Source of the DNA: Thermoproteaceae archaeon
Lineage (GTDB): Archaea > Thermoproteota > Thermoprotei > Thermoproteales > Thermoproteaceae
Direction of reading: 5' to 3'
NCBI GenBank assembly: GCA_020833025.1
Contig: JAJHRB010000035.1
Location: forward strand, 1-16,218
Length of the DNA stretch: 16,218 bases
Made by a program: the position numbers and the translations under genes. How positions within the stretch are numbered: the stretch's first letter is position 1; every line of letters begins with the position of its first letter. Shown here piece by piece: positions 14,464-16,218 of this stretch. Below the pieces are notes generated by a model that worked only from the letters and a program-made list of their open reading frames with translations, had not been told where the DNA came from and ran no database searches.

Positions 14464-15708
14464 ATGGCATCCAGGGCCTTGTATATTGGAGTGGGTGTCG
14501 CAATTGCCGTTGCTATCATCGCGATCATAGCCGCGCTCGCACTCATGGGCCCGCCGCCCAAGAAGGTCGTCCGCGTCGGCGCCCTGGTCCCGCTCACCGG
14601 CGGCCTGGCCTCTTACGGCGCGGGGTCGAGAGATGCAATAGCGCTGGCGGTTGAGGACGCCAACAAGATGTGCCCCGGCGTGAGATTCGAGGCCCTCTTC
14701 GAGGACACGGGCACCGACCCGACCAGGGCCCTCGAGAGGCTGCAGGCGCTCTACGCCAGGGGCGCGAGAATTGTCGTGGGGCCGATGTCGAGCAGGGAGG
14801 TCGCGGCGGTGAAGGAGTTCGCGGACCGCAACAAGATACTCATTGTGAGCCAGTCTTCGACGTCGCCCCTGCTGGCAATACCCGGCGACTGGATCTACAG
14901 GGTCGTCCCGACCGACCTGGCTCAGGCCAGGGCAATAGTGGACCTGCTCAGGAGGCTTAACGTCACGAGGGCCGTGATACTATACAGGGACGACCCGTGG
15001 GGCGCGGGGCTGAGGGACGCCGTATCGAGGGAGGCGGCAGCGGCCGGCGTCAGGATAGTCGCGGCCGAGGGCTACCCGCCGGACCCGAAGGAGTTCCCGC
15101 ACGCAATACCGCCGGCGCTTGACAAACTCGCGAGAGCCCTCGGCGCTCCAGGCACCGACGCGGCGGTAGTCTTCGTCTCGTTCGAGGACGACGGGATCGT
15201 CGCCGTGCGGAGCGCAGACGCGAGCCCTGTGCTCGCAAAAGTGAGGTGGGTCGGCACTGACGGCTGGGCGTACAGCGCGGCGCTGGCGGAGCAGGCCGGC
15301 GAGGTACTGGCAAGGCACAGGACGCTCGGCACGATAGCGAGGCCGCACCCGAGCGACCCGAGGTACGCCGAGTTCGCAAGGAGGTACAGGGAGAGGTACG
15401 GCAGAGACCCAGTAGCGTACGACCCGTACGCGTACGACGCGGCGATGATGCTAGCGCAGATCATATGCAACCTCGGGACAGACGACCCGGAGAGAGTGAG
15501 GGCGGAGCTCGAGAGGTGGGGGAGGGAGGGCAGGTACACCGGCGTCACGGGAGCGGTATATCTCGACGAGAACGGGGACAGAGCGTTCCCGAACTACATC
15601 ATCTGGGGCGTGAAGGCAGTTGAGGGGAAGCCCAGGTACGTTGACGCCGGGTACTATTACGGGCTGAACAGGACGATAGAGGAGTTCGACAGAGAGTTTT
15701 TTAAGTAG
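14464..15708 (+). CDS. livK: Branched-chain amino acid ABC transporter substrate-binding protein (LivK/LivJ type, N-terminal membrane anchor)
   Basis: Hydrophobic N-terminus, then VGALVPLTGGLASYG, EDTGTDP, VVGPMSS, PYAYDAAM. ATG 14464 fits TTTAAAAT (14438-45) better than 14449. Confidence 0.85.
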   Translation: MASRALYIGVGVAIAVAIIAIIAALALMGPPPKKVVRVGALVPLTGGLASYGAGSRDAIALAVEDANKMCPGVRFEALFEDTGTDPTRALERLQALYARGARIVVGPMSSREVAAVKEFADRNKILIVSQSSTSPLLAIPGDWIYRVVPTDLAQARAIVDLLRRLNVTRAVILYRDDPWGAGLRDAVSREAAAAGVRIVAAEGYPPDPKEFPHAIPPALDKLARALGAPGTDAAVVFVSFEDDGIVAVRSADASPVLAKVRWVGTDGWAYSAALAEQAGEVLARHRTLGTIARPHPSDPRYAEFARRYRERYGRDPVAYDPYAYDAAMMLAQIICNLGTDDPERVRAELERWGREGRYTGVTGAVYLDENGDRAFPNYIIWGVKAVEGKPRYVDAGYYYGLNRTIEEFDREFFK

Positions 15709-15763
15709 CCGCTCCCAGGCACGGAGGTCCCTTTTTAATTCTGGGCTCCGCAAGCAGCTCTCG

Positions 15764-16218
15764 ATGTCCCGCCACATATTAGTAGTGCGAGACCTTGTGA
15801 AGCAGTTCGGCGCACTTAAGGCTCTCAATGGCGTGAGCGTGGAGGTCGAGCGCGGCAAGATCACGCTGTTGATAGGGCCGAACGGGTCCGGGAAGACCAC
15901 GCTGGTCAACGTGATAACAGGAGTCTACAAGCCCGACGCCGGCAGGGTCCTCTTCGTGAGACAGAATGGCGAGATTCTGGACATCACCGGCTGGCCCCCG
16001 CACAGAATATTCGAGACCGGCATTGTCAGGACGTTTCAGGTGCCTCAGGTGTTCCAGAAGCTGACAGTGCTCGAGAACCTGCTCGTGGCTGCCAGGAGGC
16101 GGAGGGGGGAGGGCATAATCTCGGCGCTCGCGAGGGACTGGGCGAGGGAGGAGGAGGAGCTGGCCAGGCGCGCGTTCAGAATCCTCGAGGGCGTGAAACT
16201 CGCCGACAAGTGGGACAG
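15764..16218 (+). CDS. livG: Branched-chain amino acid ABC transporter ATP-binding protein (LivG type), 3'-truncated; missing from the supplied ORF track
   Basis: MSRHILVVRDLVKQFGALKALNGVS...LIGPNGSGKTTLVNVITG...GIVRTFQ...LTVLEN; TTTTTAA at 15732-38. Confidence 0.9.
   Translation, partial: MSRHILVVRDLVKQFGALKALNGVSVEVERGKITLLIGPNGSGKTTLVNVITGVYKPDAGRVLFVRQNGEILDITGWPPHRIFETGIVRTFQVPQVFQKLTVLENLLVAARRRRGEGIISALARDWAREEEELARRAFRILEGVKLADKWD

Noticed and set aside
1-16218. CRISPR array, transposase, integrase or provirus
   Set aside because: No regularly spaced repeats or mobile-element proteins were seen. The tRNA fragment is not followed by any integrase gene in this window.

Overview
GC-rich, gene-dense core-genome window from a hyperthermophilic crenarchaeon. 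It is most likely Thermoproteaceae (Thermoproteus/Pyrobaculum-like). This is inferred from the N-terminally extended L7Ae, a stand-alone A/V-ATPase subunit B gene, non-canonical bulge-helix-bulge (BHB) tRNA introns, and TATA boxes about 20-30 nt before start codons, implying leaderless mRNAs. Gene content: UPF0282 hydrolase (partial), MiaB/MtaB-type methylthiotransferase, dihydropteroate synthase, stand-alone THUMP protein, Trm112, KaiC-like ATPase, dph5, truA, atpB, a Cgi121-like protein, rps28e, rpl24e, rpl7ae, a divergently split branched-chain amino acid ABC transporter (liv), and several hypothetical proteins. The most notable signals are in the non-coding DNA. (1) An orphan tRNA 5' half at 10465-10514 has its own promoter and an intact 19-nt BHB intron but no anticodon or 3' half, so it is a candidate split tRNA or relic. 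(2) A tRNA-Leu has a 19-nt intron inside the anticodon (34/35), which gives UAA rather than the apparent CAA. (3) Unexplained structured intergenic stretches lie at about 4020-4360 and 10515-10980. No mobile element or CRISPR array was seen. No database searches or folding programs were run; all calls come from reading motifs by eye.
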